A DNA stretch of 64,000 bases. It comes from an uncultured Spirochaetales bacterium (GTDB lineage: Bacteria; Spirochaetota; Spirochaetia; CAZAKE01). Shown here piece after piece: positions 28,794 to 37,905 of the stretch. Within the stretch, counting starts at the first letter, position 1, and each line of letters opens with the position of its first letter. The notes beneath the pieces were generated by a model, which saw only the letters and a program-made list of their open reading frames with translations, had not been told where the DNA came from and did no database searches. The DNA is taken from NCBI GenBank assembly GCA_964485495.1, contig CAZAKE010000003.1:12864-76863 (forward strand), read 5' to 3'. A program made the position numbers and the translations under genes.

Positions 28794-29741
28794 TCAGCGA
28801 ACCTCTCCTATGTCCATGACTGCGATCCCGGCATCGTCGGTCATGGAGTGAAATTTCTCGACGGAGTCTCGTGAAATTACCGCCGCGAGTCCAATGCCCA
28901 TGTTGAAGACCCGGCGCATCTCTGCGTCGGAGATAGTACCACAGCCTTGTATGGTCGTGAAGATGGTCGGGATCTCCCAATCCCATCTCAGGACCGGCCG
29001 CATCGGTTCCGGTAACACCCGAGAAAGGTTGCCCTCGAGTCCCCCGCCCGTGATATGTGCGGCGGCCGACACACAGCCGGTACTCATCAGAAACTGCATC
29101 TCCTTTGCGTATATCCGTGTGGGTATCAATAACTCGGAGCGTATCTCGGGATCATCTAAGGACAGCACCTTCCGGGCCAATGAGAACCCGTTGGAGTGGA
29201 TTCCGGAGGATGCGAAGCCGATAATGGTGTCTCCCTGTCTGACACGTTCCGTGCGGGGGAGCCGTTCATCCCTCTCGACGATGCCCCAGCAGAATCCCGC
29301 CAGATCGAATTCATCAGGCCCGTACATGTCGGGCATCTCGGCCGTTTCTCCTCCGCTCAGCACGCATCCCGCCCGGCTACAGCCCTCGACTATCCCTTTG
29401 ATGATATCCTGGAGAACCGACTCTTCGATCCGGCCGCACGCAATGTAGTCGAGAAACGAAACCGGCTCGGCACCGCACACGAGCAGATCGTTAACACACA
29501 TCGCCACCAGATCGATGCCGACGGTATCGTACCTGCCGGTCTCCTTGGCTACGAGGAGCTTCGTTCCGACGCCGTCGGTCCCGGCGAGTATAACCGGATG
29601 CCGGTACTTGCCGGACGGAATTTCCACCCCTTCGGCAAACCCGCCGGTACCCAGAGCGACTGCGGGGGAGTCTATTCCGCGTATGAATCCAGCGAACTCG
29701 TCTCCCTTCTCTATGTTGACACCGGCCTTTTCATACGTCAT
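28794..29741 (-). CDS. purM: phosphoribosylformylglycinamidine cyclo-ligase (AIR synthetase) PurM
   Basis: MTYEKAGVNIEKGDEF...GGFAEGVEI...DGVGTKLLVA motifs typical of PurM. Confidence 0.92.
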   Translation of the reverse strand: MTYEKAGVNIEKGDEFAGFIRGIDSPAVALGTGGFAEGVEIPSGKYRHPVILAGTDGVGTKLLVAKETGRYDTVGIDLVAMCVNDLLVCGAEPVSFLDYIACGRIEESVLQDIIKGIVEGCSRAGCVLSGGETAEMPDMYGPDEFDLAGFCWGIVERDERLPRTERVRQGDTIIGFASSGIHSNGFSLARKVLSLDDPEIRSELLIPTRIYAKEMQFLMSTGCVSAAAHITGGGLEGNLSRVLPEPMRPVLRWDWEIPTIFTTIQGCGTISDAEMRRVFNMGIGLAAVISRDSVEKFHSMTDDAGIAVMDIGEVR

Positions 29742-29850
29742 CTGATGTCTCCTCGATGATCCGTATACAGGTTCATCTGCTTTTCTGTGTAGATTCTACC
29801 GAACGGCTTGGCCACAGCGCCCTCCGGTGTGGCGTAGTCGCCTTCCGAGA

Positions 29851-31275
29851 TCAACCGGGAAGCGTTTCCGAGGGTCGGTTCTGGGAGAGCGTGACAGGAT
29901 ACCGGCCGTTGAAGCAGGCGTAGCAGTACTCCTGACCTGTTTCCACACACTCGTGTAGTTTCTCGAGTGGTAGGAATTGTACCGAATCGGCCCCGATCTC
30001 TTCGGCGATCTGTGTGGGGGTGAGAGTATTTGAGATCAACTCGGTCCTGGTCGGAATATCGATGCCGAAATAACACGGCCACTTGATCTCGGGTGAAGAG
30101 AGGCGCAGATGAACCTCCTTGGCCCCGGCCTCCTTGATTAGCTTGACGATTATCTTGCTGGTGGTGCCGCGAACGAGTGAATCGTCTATGAGAACGACGC
30201 GTTTTCCCTTGATGGCGGCTCTTACCGGATGGAGCTTCATCCTGACGGCGAACTCCCGTTGGCTCGTGGTAGGCATGATGAACGATCTTCCCGCGTGGTG
30301 GTTTCTCGAGAGCCCCATCTCGAAGGGCAATCCGGATCGTTCGGCATATCCCAATGCCGCAATGGTACCCGAATCCGGAACCGGAACCACGATGTCACCG
30401 GTAAAATCGTCGATCTCTGCCAGTGCCGCACCCATGCGTTTGCGCATTACGTGAACCGATTGATCGAAGATGTAGGAGTCGGGACGGGCGAAATAGATCA
30501 GCTCGAACACACATTGACTTCGCTGGGCGGTGGCGAATAGCTCCGATTGGATTCCATCTCCGTTTATCCTGACGATCTCTCCGGGTTCGACGGACCGGTA
30601 GTCGGTGATGCGTAGGATATCAAGTGCACAGGTCTCCGAAGCGACGACGGTGGTGCCGTCCTTCGTGCCGATATAGAGCGGACGGAACCCGCGAGGATCT
30701 CGCATGGCCAGCAGGGTGTCGTCTTTTATCATCACCATGCAATAGGCTCCGTCGATCTGATGCAGGGTTTCTACCAAGGCGTCATAGTAGTTCAGCTTCC
30801 GGGATCGCGCAATCAGGTGGAGGATTAATTCGGTATCCGTCGTAGATTGAAAGATCGAACCTTCGGTGAACAAACGATCCATGATGGCATCTGTGTTCGA
30901 GATGTTGCCGTTGTGCGCAAGAGCGATACTGCCCTTGTTGCAGTCCACCAGGATAGGTTGGGCGTTCTCGATACGATTGCCGCCGTGTGTAGAGTATCGG
31001 ACGTGTCCGATGCCGACGGTGGACGGCCGATCCTCCTCCAGATACCTTGCGAGGACGTCCGCGACCTTTCCCAGATCTCTGTAGACGACAAGAGATTCGG
31101 GCTTCCTATACGCAATCCCCGCACTCTCCTGCCCTCGATGTTGCAGAGAGAAGAGACCATAGAAGAGTTTTTCCGGAACGTTGATCGGCTGCTGCGAGTG
31201 TATTCCTACTACGCCGCAGAAATGGCCGAGACCGTCGAACGCCGTTTCCACACCGAAAAATAGCACCGCCGACAA
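29851..31275 (-). CDS. purF: amidophosphoribosyltransferase PurF
   Basis: N-terminal CGVVGI nucleophile motif, a PRTase domain (VVLIDDSLVRGTTS) and C-terminal Cys ligands (CYACFNGRYP). The true start may lie downstream of the listed M. Confidence 0.9.
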   Translation of the reverse strand: MSAVLFFGVETAFDGLGHFCGVVGIHSQQPINVPEKLFYGLFSLQHRGQESAGIAYRKPESLVVYRDLGKVADVLARYLEEDRPSTVGIGHVRYSTHGGNRIENAQPILVDCNKGSIALAHNGNISNTDAIMDRLFTEGSIFQSTTDTELILHLIARSRKLNYYDALVETLHQIDGAYCMVMIKDDTLLAMRDPRGFRPLYIGTKDGTTVVASETCALDILRITDYRSVEPGEIVRINGDGIQSELFATAQRSQCVFELIYFARPDSYIFDQSVHVMRKRMGAALAEIDDFTGDIVVPVPDSGTIAALGYAERSGLPFEMGLSRNHHAGRSFIMPTTSQREFAVRMKLHPVRAAIKGKRVVLIDDSLVRGTTSKIIVKLIKEAGAKEVHLRLSSPEIKWPCYFGIDIPTRTELISNTLTPTQIAEEIGADSVQFLPLEKLHECVETGQEYCYACFNGRYPVTLSQNRPSETLPG

Positions 31276-31277
31276 CG

Positions 31278-32288
31278 TCAGTCAAGGGCCGAACAGAGGA
31301 TGTGTTTAAAAACCTGTTCGAATTCTTCGAGTGTATGGGCCGTCACGATCTCCCTTCGGAACGCGGCGGCCCCTGGGATGCCCTTCACATATGCCGAGAG
31401 GGGCCCCCGCATCTCCCGGCAGGCTCTCTGTTCACCTCTCAGTTCGATGACAGATTCGAGATGACGCCGTGCGGTGGCGATACGCAATTCGATGGATGGG
31501 GGACCCGGATCCGGATCTCCCCGCAGAATCATCGTGGTACGTCGAAATATGAACGGATTCCCTACGGCGCCGCGGGCGAACATCACACCGTCGACACCGG
31601 TCTCCATCATCATCCTTCGGGCGTCTTCTGGTTCAAACAAATCTCCAGAACCGATTACCGGGACGCCGACCGCCTGTTTTAACCTTCGAATAGCCTTCCA
31701 GTCGGCTTTGCCCGAGTACCCTTGGGCTCTTGTTCGCGCGTGGAGGGCGATCATCGCCGCCCCGTTACGCTCTGCCGATTCGGCCGCCTGTAGATACGTG
31801 ATAGAGTCTGAATTCCACCCGGTGCGAAGCTTTACCGTGACCGGTATCTCCAGCCCCGCACGTTCGGTCCCTGTGATGATGGCAGATACAAGCTTCCCGA
31901 TTTTGTCGGGGGTACGCATCAAGGCCGAACCCGCTCCGCTTTTCGTCACCTTCGGTACAGGACATCCACAGTTCAGGTCGATGAAGGCAGGATGATACGC
32001 ACACACCCTGCCGGCGGCTACGTCGACACTCTTTGGATCCGCCCCAAACAGCTGAACCGCCATGTTCGGCTCCTGCGGGCCTCGTCGAAGCAATTCCATG
32101 GTGTTCTCGTTGTTTCTGACCAGACCCTCACAAGAGACCATCTCCGTGAAGGTCGCGGCGGCACCGAAGGCGGAGCACAGGCTGCGGAACGCCGCATCCG
32201 TGAACCCGGCCATCGGTGCGAGGAAGACGTTCCCCGGGAGTACGACGTTTCGCAGAGAGATTGGATGATGCAGCCCTGAAGGTTTCAT
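31278..32288 (-). CDS. tRNA-dihydrouridine synthase (Dus family)
   Basis: FLAPMAGFTDAAFRSLC..., the FIDLNCGCPVPKV active-site Cys region and a TIM-barrel FMN-binding layout. Confidence 0.88.
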   Translation of the reverse strand: MKPSGLHHPISLRNVVLPGNVFLAPMAGFTDAAFRSLCSAFGAAATFTEMVSCEGLVRNNENTMELLRRGPQEPNMAVQLFGADPKSVDVAAGRVCAYHPAFIDLNCGCPVPKVTKSGAGSALMRTPDKIGKLVSAIITGTERAGLEIPVTVKLRTGWNSDSITYLQAAESAERNGAAMIALHARTRAQGYSGKADWKAIRRLKQAVGVPVIGSGDLFEPEDARRMMMETGVDGVMFARGAVGNPFIFRRTTMILRGDPDPGPPSIELRIATARRHLESVIELRGEQRACREMRGPLSAYVKGIPGAAAFRREIVTAHTLEEFEQVFKHILCSALD

Positions 32289-32342
32289 CGCTCGATATCG
32301 TACATCGAACCGCCGGTGACGGTCGGTCCTGATTTTTGTGTC

Positions 32343-33110
32343 TTATATGCCGAGGAACCGCTTTGCGTTTTGAAACAGCGCTTCCTGGACTTCCTCAGGT
32401 GGCTCCTCTCTCAGTTCGGCGAGGAAATCGGCCGTAGACGGTAGATATGAGGGCCGGTTACGCTTTCCTCGGTATTCGGACGGAACCATGAAAGGACTCT
32501 CGGATTCAATGAGTAGGCGGTCAAGCGGAATATTCTTGGCCGTCTCGTGAAGATTTCGGGCGTTTCGGTAGGTCACGTTACCGGCGAATGAGATGTACAG
32601 CTCGAGTTCCAGGGCATTCTGGGCATACTCCCAATCTTCTGAGTAGCAATGTAGGATCCCGCCTCGATGGGGGAGCTTCTCTCGCAGAATTTCGAGCACA
32701 TCATTGCCCGCTTCGCGGTTGTGGATGATAACCGGGAGATCGAGTTTTTCGGCAATCTCGAGCTGCCGGACGAAAAGTTCTATCTGAGAGTCTTTATCTC
32801 CGAATTTTCGGTAATAATCCAAGCCGATCTCTCCGATCGCCACCACTCGGTCTTTCTTGGAGCCTTCTTCTACGAGGGACTCCCAGTCTTTTCCGGGATT
32901 TGTTACCTCGGACGGCGATACACCCACGCTATGATATACGTGTGAGGCGGTGGCCAGGTTTTCGTATACCTGGAAAAAATCATGGAGGTTATTGCAGATA
33001 CTGACGATACGTTCAATACCGGCTTGTTTTGCCTCTTGAACGATGATGAGTTGCTCTATAGGATCTTCGTTTATCAGCCCTATGTGAGCATGGGTATCAA
33101 AATAATGCAT
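32343..33110 (-). CDS. tatD: TatD-family metal-dependent hydrolase/DNase
   Basis: N-terminus MHYFDTHAHIGL plus the conserved His/Glu/Asp pattern (GEIGLDYY, HNREA, HCYS). Confidence 0.88.
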   Translation of the reverse strand: MHYFDTHAHIGLINEDPIEQLIIVQEAKQAGIERIVSICNNLHDFFQVYENLATASHVYHSVGVSPSEVTNPGKDWESLVEEGSKKDRVVAIGEIGLDYYRKFGDKDSQIELFVRQLEIAEKLDLPVIIHNREAGNDVLEILREKLPHRGGILHCYSEDWEYAQNALELELYISFAGNVTYRNARNLHETAKNIPLDRLLIESESPFMVPSEYRGKRNRPSYLPSTADFLAELREEPPEEVQEALFQNAKRFLGI

Positions 33111-33425
33111 GTGACATCCATATTGCTAAAAGATGTTAGAGCTGTTTTCGTGCTCTTGTATAAACAGACTGCTATCTCATCGTATTATAGGGCATCCGGG
33201 AGATTGCCGAACCGGCAAACCGTTCCTAGCGATATAATACGCTGTGCCGGTAAAATACTCGGTCTGAAATAGACTACCCCGGCATCATAGGGTGAGGTGG
33301 CCTGACTCGAGTGATAAGGTAGCATGAACGAGATGCGGAGTCAATTATTATTTGACTTTTTTTTGGACCCATGATAGTCTCTATCAAGCGTCTTATCATG
33401 CGCACAGGCCCTGAGGAGCGTAAGA

Positions 33426-34469
33426 GTGTCGCCTGCGAATCATTATAAAAAGGTTGAAAATACGGCTGTAGACTATTGTAAAAGAGAGATGACCTCGTTC
33501 TCTCGTGGGGTCGTTGAACGGTGGCGTAGCTTTGTTGCCACAGGAAAACAGCGCTTCACGGTCATGTTTATCCCCCATTCCGAAAAAAAGATCTTCAATT
33601 TCAAGATTTCCATCTTCTCCCTTGTGTTTATGGCGTTTCTCTTTACCGGCGTTGTCATTGCCTTTTTCGTTTTTAGCACTCGCTTCAGCGGAATGTCTCG
33701 TCTTCTCTACTCAAAGGGTGATCGGCTCCAGGAGACCGAGCAGAATCTCGAACTCATTCGGGATGAGGTGTCGGAGGTTTCAAAATCCGCAAGAAGGTTC
33801 AAGCAGACCCTGAATAGTACAATTCAAACGCTCAGTATTCCGGCCGCACCCGAGGCGTATGCCGCGCCGGCGGTGGGCGATTTTGCCGGTCTCCTCGAGA
33901 TAGAGCAGCACGAGGAGGGCGTCATCCGGGAACTCAGTGAGTTGCAGAGTCTACGCAGTTTTCTCGACGAGTCTGTTGATTCTCTCAACAAGATAACCGA
34001 GTTGCTCGTGTCTCATGGCGACCTCCTCGTCGAATTGCCGACTATATGGCCGGTTGAGGGCGGAATCGGACGTATCACGAATTATTTCGGTCCGGCGGAG
34101 CATCCATTTACAAAAAAGTGGTACCTTCATAAGGGAATCGATATTGCTTACAGGCGCGGAAAGCCTATCGTAGCCACCGCTCAGGGAAAGGTAGTCGAAC
34201 GGAAATATGACTCCATGGGGTTTGGACACTACGTCTTGATCAGGCATGGATATGGGTTCTATACTAAGTATGCGCACCTCGATGCCGTGTTCGTCGAAGA
34301 GGGGGATGTTGTCACCCAGGGGCAGCAGATTGGACTTATGGGTAGTACCGGGTTGTCTACCGGACCGCATCTCCATTATGAGGTGAGGATCGGATCGCAG
34401 GTCATCGACCCCGAACGATTTCTCAACATACAGAAAGGTATCGAGGACCGTACCGGAATAGGTTTCTGA
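33426..34469 (+). CDS. M23 family metallopeptidase (LytM/EnvC-like) with an N-terminal TM segment and a coiled coil
   Basis: GTG start 10 nt after GAGGAG. C-terminal M23 signature HKGIDIA...GFGHYVLIRHGYGFYTKYAHL...GSTGLSTGPHLHYEV. Confidence 0.88.
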   Translation: MSPANHYKKVENTAVDYCKREMTSFSRGVVERWRSFVATGKQRFTVMFIPHSEKKIFNFKISIFSLVFMAFLFTGVVIAFFVFSTRFSGMSRLLYSKGDRLQETEQNLELIRDEVSEVSKSARRFKQTLNSTIQTLSIPAAPEAYAAPAVGDFAGLLEIEQHEEGVIRELSELQSLRSFLDESVDSLNKITELLVSHGDLLVELPTIWPVEGGIGRITNYFGPAEHPFTKKWYLHKGIDIAYRRGKPIVATAQGKVVERKYDSMGFGHYVLIRHGYGFYTKYAHLDAVFVEEGDVVTQGQQIGLMGSTGLSTGPHLHYEVRIGSQVIDPERFLNIQKGIEDRTGIGF

Positions 34470-34585
34470 GGCGCTGCTTGCCGGTAGAATCCCGATAACG
34501 AACGATTGAGGATTGAAGAAGTAAGCGGAAAAACGGTAGAGCCCTATTCCGTTCGTGTACATGGATACGGACACAAAGGAAGGAA

Positions 34586-35080
34586 ATGGGAGACCATCTT
34601 ATTGAGGACGGATCCTTCATCAACTCGATAGTCGGTGAGGGCACTCGGTTCACAGGCGATTTGAGCCTCAACGGGTTGCTGCGTATCGACGGCGATTTCT
34701 CGGGAACAATCGAAACCACTGACAAGGTGTTGATCGGAAAGAACGGCCGCGCGGAGTGCGCCATTCAGGCCGGCACCGTTGTTATCGGCGGTGTGGTAAA
34801 AGGTGATATTCTTGCCTCTGAGAAGGTAATAATACTCTCCACCGGCATGCTCCTCGGTAATGTTTCCTCCCCTCGACTGATCGTAGAGGAGGGGGTGATC
34901 ATTCAGGGCAGCTGCGTAATCGCGAAACACCCTTCGAAATCGAGCGATCTCGAACCGGATGTCGAGCCTGAAGAGTTTTCCGACAATATCCGTTCTTTTT
35001 CGAATCCGGCGTCCGCCGATGTCAAGGATGAGTCCGCTGCTCCTTCCTCTATGAAGGGGTATTCCGCTTGGAAAAGATAG
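34586..35080 (+). CDS. bactofilin (polymer-forming cytoskeletal protein, CcmA-like)
   Basis: RBS AAGGAAGGAA precedes the start. Repetitive beta-helical bactofilin core (TRFTGDLSLNGLLRIDGDFSGTIETTDKVLIGKNGRAECAIQAGTVVIGGVVKGDI...) and a disordered acidic C-terminal tail. Confidence 0.85.
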   Translation: MGDHLIEDGSFINSIVGEGTRFTGDLSLNGLLRIDGDFSGTIETTDKVLIGKNGRAECAIQAGTVVIGGVVKGDILASEKVIILSTGMLLGNVSSPRLIVEEGVIIQGSCVIAKHPSKSSDLEPDVEPEEFSDNIRSFSNPASADVKDESAAPSSMKGYSAWKR

Positions 35081-35556
35081 ATCCATCCGGCCTCCCTTCC
35101 AGATCGTACAGGAAACGGAAAAAAAGCGGCACGGTCAAAGACACGAATTCCATCCCTCAGACCGGCTTCGGTGAAACTCTCGAATCGATGGGTATTCATC
35201 GTGTCCATCCGTTCCGGCCCCTCTACGAGAACGAATCGCTTGAGGAGATGCTCGATGACGTACACGAGTACGGAGATCGGTTGAAGAACCGGCCGACTCT
35301 GAGCGCCATCAGGGAGTATCGGGATGTTGTCACGAAATTCATGCGCTACGTGGTGAGTCGCAGTCTGAGTGTAGAGAGTACGGCTCAGTCCCACTTCAAT
35401 CCGCTGAAGAGCCGCAAGAAATATGCTGTAATCCAGGTGATAAATGCCGAACTCGACAAGCTGGCGAACGGTGTGCTACAAAACCAATACGATCAGATGA
35501 GAATTTTGAGTACTGTGGAAGAGATCAACGGGATGCTTGTGGATCTTATGAAATGA
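35068..35556 (+). CDS. hypothetical protein, possibly DUF327/YaaR-like
   Basis: TTG start overlapping the bactofilin 3' end. A 162-aa hydrophilic helical protein. The assignment rests mainly on its position immediately upstream of a PSP1/RicT gene, as in the Bacillus yaaR...yaaT arrangement. Confidence 0.35.
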   Translation: MEKIDPSGLPSRSYRKRKKSGTVKDTNSIPQTGFGETLESMGIHRVHPFRPLYENESLEEMLDDVHEYGDRLKNRPTLSAIREYRDVVTKFMRYVVSRSLSVESTAQSHFNPLKSRKKYAVIQVINAELDKLANGVLQNQYDQMRILSTVEEINGMLVDLMK

Positions 35557-35614
35557 TACTGATATGAGCACCGTCAATAGTAACGCTTGCTAGAGCGCAA
35601 AATAGGAGTCACCG

Positions 35615-36538
35615 GTGAGTGGTAATCAGAATCCAACCGAAACTCAAAATCCGAATTCCGACGGCGAAACGCCGACTGAGAAGAGAGATATCATATATAA
35701 GGTAAAGCTTGTGCATAGTTGTGAGACTATGCTGTGTAGATCAGAGACCGACGAGACCTTCACGGTAGGTGATTCGGTGGTGGTTCCGAGCAGATACGGT
35801 AAAGACCTCGGGGTGATTTTAGGACCGATGAAGGATTCCCCGACCAACAAGAATGGGAAGTCGGGAAAGGGCGGCATTCCCAACATCATTCGACGGGCAA
35901 CCGAATCGGACCTTCAGCGAAGTGTTCAGAACAAGGAACGAGAAGCCCGGGCCATCGAGATTTGTCGAGAGAAGATAACAAAACACGGTTTAAATATGAA
36001 ACTCGTCTCGGCACACTATCTGGTGGATGAACCGAAGGTGTTATTCTTCTTTACCGCAGAATCCAGAGTAGATTTCCGGGCCTTGGTGAAGGATCTGGTG
36101 AGTGTGTTCAAGATGCGAATCGAGCTGCGCCAGATAGGGGTTCGCGACGAATCGAGAGTACTCGGAGGCGTCGCCGTTTGCGGACGGTGTTACTGCTGCC
36201 ACGCCGTCACCGATCGACTCCGCCCGGTTTCGATAAAGATGGCGAAAGAGCAGAACCTGTCTTTGAATTCCATGAAGATCTCCGGTCCGTGCGGACGGTT
36301 GCTCTGCTGTCTTTCTTACGAGTATGACTTCTACCACGACGAAAAGAAAAAATATCCCGCCGAAGGTCACCGCCTCAAGATCGATGGACAGACCTATAAG
36401 ATAAATGAGGTGAATATATTCACAAAAACCGCCCGAATCTCCGGAGGCGAAGGCGGAATCTTCGAGGTATCCCTGAGTAAGTTTTCTCGAGAGGGAGACC
36501 GCTGGATTCTACCGTCTACCGCGTTCGAAGGGGAGTAG
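35615..36538 (+). CDS. PSP1 C-terminal domain protein (RicT/YaaT-like)
   Basis: GTG start 6 nt after AGGAG. N-terminal beta-barrel-like IIYKVKLVHSCETMLCRSETDETFTVGDSVVVPSRYGKDLGVILGP and the conserved Cys cluster CGRCYCCHAV...ISGPCGRLLCCLSYEY. Confidence 0.8.
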   Translation: MSGNQNPTETQNPNSDGETPTEKRDIIYKVKLVHSCETMLCRSETDETFTVGDSVVVPSRYGKDLGVILGPMKDSPTNKNGKSGKGGIPNIIRRATESDLQRSVQNKEREARAIEICREKITKHGLNMKLVSAHYLVDEPKVLFFFTAESRVDFRALVKDLVSVFKMRIELRQIGVRDESRVLGGVAVCGRCYCCHAVTDRLRPVSIKMAKEQNLSLNSMKISGPCGRLLCCLSYEYDFYHDEKKKYPAEGHRLKIDGQTYKINEVNIFTKTARISGGEGGIFEVSLSKFSREGDRWILPSTAFEGE

Positions 36539-36559
36539 TCGATTTTTACGATTTTCAGC

Positions 36560-36588
36560 TTGACATACCGGTTTCGGCGTGTTATTTT
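36560..36588 (+). promoter_or_regulatory. candidate sigma70-type promoter upstream of the small zinc-ribbon ORF
   Basis: TTGACA (36560-36565), a 17-nt spacer, then TATTTT (36583-36588). Confidence 0.35.
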
Positions 36589-36643
36589 CTGCGCCAATAG
36601 ACCCGGAGGGCTCGTTCAGAACGAGCCGGGAAAGGAGTAGAAG

Positions 36644-36814
36644 ATGGCACAGATCAGTAAGAACGCCAGAGCCGGGTCTGCGACTCAACGGTTTGAATGT
36701 GTGTGTGGAGGCGAAATCAAAATGCGGTCCGTTTTTACAAATGGAAAGCTACGTAATATCGCCGAGTGCGAAAAATGTAACCGGAGAGAGCGCAGGCCTC
36801 GGGATTTCCGGTAA
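36644..36814 (+). CDS. unlisted small ORF (56 aa) encoding a putative zinc-ribbon protein
   Basis: Strong RBS GGAAAGGAG 7 nt upstream of ATG 36644. Protein MAQISKNARAGSATQRFECVCGGEIKMRSVFTNGKLRNIAECEKCNRRERRPRDFR has a CxC...CxxC metal-binding pattern. A stem-loop plus T-run follows. The ORF is below the 60-aa cutoff of the supplied track. Confidence 0.5.
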   Translation: MAQISKNARAGSATQRFECVCGGEIKMRSVFTNGKLRNIAECEKCNRRERRPRDFR

Positions 36815-36845
36815 GAACGGAGTTCTTGCCGGAATCCCTCGCAGA

Positions 36846-36890
36846 CAACCGTTCCGGATATCGGATCTGCCGGTATCGGAGCGGTTTTTT
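36846..36890 (+). terminator. candidate Rho-independent terminator after the small zinc-ribbon ORF
   Basis: AACCGTTCCGG (36846-36856) pairs with TCGGAGCGGTT (36875-36885) in an 11-bp stem with two G-U pairs. The run TTTTTTT at 36884-36890 continues from the 3' arm. Confidence 0.45.
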
Positions 36891-37049
36891 TATTTCCAGT
36901 ATAGCCGAAAACTTCGCGGCTCCGCCGCGGGGATGAAGGCGATGGAATAGGGCGGCTCGCCTCGAAAAGGCATAAAAAACAGAGTGACCATGCACATTCC
37001 AAGTGTAGCTACTGCCACGTTTGGAATTGGTGTGTATTCGATTAAAGGC

Positions 37050-37078
37050 TTGACAGGAAACGATTTGTCTGGTACGTT
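37050..37078 (+). promoter_or_regulatory. candidate promoter for rpsT
   Basis: TTGACA (37050-37055), a 17-nt spacer, then TACGTT. It lies about 40 nt upstream of the AGGAGG RBS and the TTG start of rpsT. Confidence 0.35.
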
Positions 37079-37119
37079 GCAGTCATTATTCCCGATAGTC
37101 CCAATAGGAGGAATCCCCA

Positions 37120-37386
37120 TTGCCTGAACAAGGTTCGGCGGTGAAACGTCACCGTCAAAGCGAAAAACGCAGACTGCGTAATAGAGCAGTGAAGAGTGAG
37201 GTTCGTTCGGCCGTCAAGAGGTTTACCCAGGCTGTCGAATCCAAGGATGAATCCGCGGCTGAGCAGAGCTTCCGGTCGATGGTTAAGTTGCTTGATACCG
37301 CCGGTCGAAAGGGCATCTTTCACAAGAACATGGTAGCCCGCAAAAAGTCGAGGATGCAGAAGCTCCTCAATTCGATTAGCGGGTAA
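37120..37386 (+). CDS. rpsT: 30S ribosomal protein S20
   Basis: AVKRHRQSEKRRLRNRAVKSEVRSAVKRF...KLLDTAGRKGIFHKNMVARKKSRMQKL is typical of S20. TTG start 11 nt after AGGAGG. Confidence 0.92.
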   Translation: MPEQGSAVKRHRQSEKRRLRNRAVKSEVRSAVKRFTQAVESKDESAAEQSFRSMVKLLDTAGRKGIFHKNMVARKKSRMQKLLNSISG

Positions 37387-37602
37387 GCTGGTCGAAGAGG
37401 AATCAATACAGATCTTCGTTCTGCCGACATGCTCGGGTGATACCGGCGGAGGGGGACGGAGCTATACCGGGGGACTGCCGGAACGGTGATATGGGCGATT
37501 CCCCGGTCGAAGAGCGATCCAGACCCGATCCGGGCATCAAGACATCTGGACGGTCGTATCGGAGCCGGATTCCGTCGGAAGCGATCGCGATCGGAGAAAA
37601 CC

Positions 37603-37905
37603 GTGGCATCCTCGAAACTCACAAAAGCAGAAATTGTCGACAACATATCGGAACGGATCTCCGCTCAGCGGGTGGTTGTTCATGCAATAGTCGACGAGTT
37701 TTTCAATGAGGTCAAGGATGCACTCGGTGATGATCGGGTTGTGGAGCTGCGGGGGTTCGGCACCTTCGAGATACGGACCCGCAAGGGGCGTGCCCGTGCC
37801 CGCAATCCGAAGACCGGTGAGATCGTACCCGTGAGTACTCATGGGGTCGCTGCATTCAGACCTGGGAAAGAACTCAAGAACATCGCATGGCCGTTGCGGA
37901 AGTGA
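37603..37905 (+). CDS. HU/IHF-family nucleoid-associated DNA-binding protein
   Basis: GTG start after GGAGAAAA. FGTFEIRTRKGRARARNPKTGEIVPVSTHGVAAFRPGKELK matches the HU/IHF beta-arm signature. Length 100 aa. Confidence 0.85.
   Translation: MASSKLTKAEIVDNISERISAQRVVVHAIVDEFFNEVKDALGDDRVVELRGFGTFEIRTRKGRARARNPKTGEIVPVSTHGVAAFRPGKELKNIAWPLRK

Noticed and set aside
33111-33425. 315-nt divergent region between tatD and the M23 peptidase as a candidate ncRNA locus
   Set aside because: It contains only short hairpins (AGAGC...GCTCT, GTCAA...TTGAC plus T8) and weak promoter-like hexamers. Nothing resembles a known RNA family, so it is left as an ordinary divergent promoter region.
36579-36950. Listed 123-aa ORF between the PSP1 gene and rpsT
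   Set aside because: It has no RBS and overlaps, in another frame, the better-supported 56-aa zinc-ribbon ORF and runs through its terminator hairpin and T-tract. Its composition is not protein-like.
37387-37602. Possible sRNA or terminator in the 216-nt rpsT to HU spacer
   Set aside because: Only a short 6-bp stem (CGAAGA...TCTTCG) without a U-tract was found. The region is GC-rich with no promoter-like elements and is probably a 5' UTR of the HU gene.
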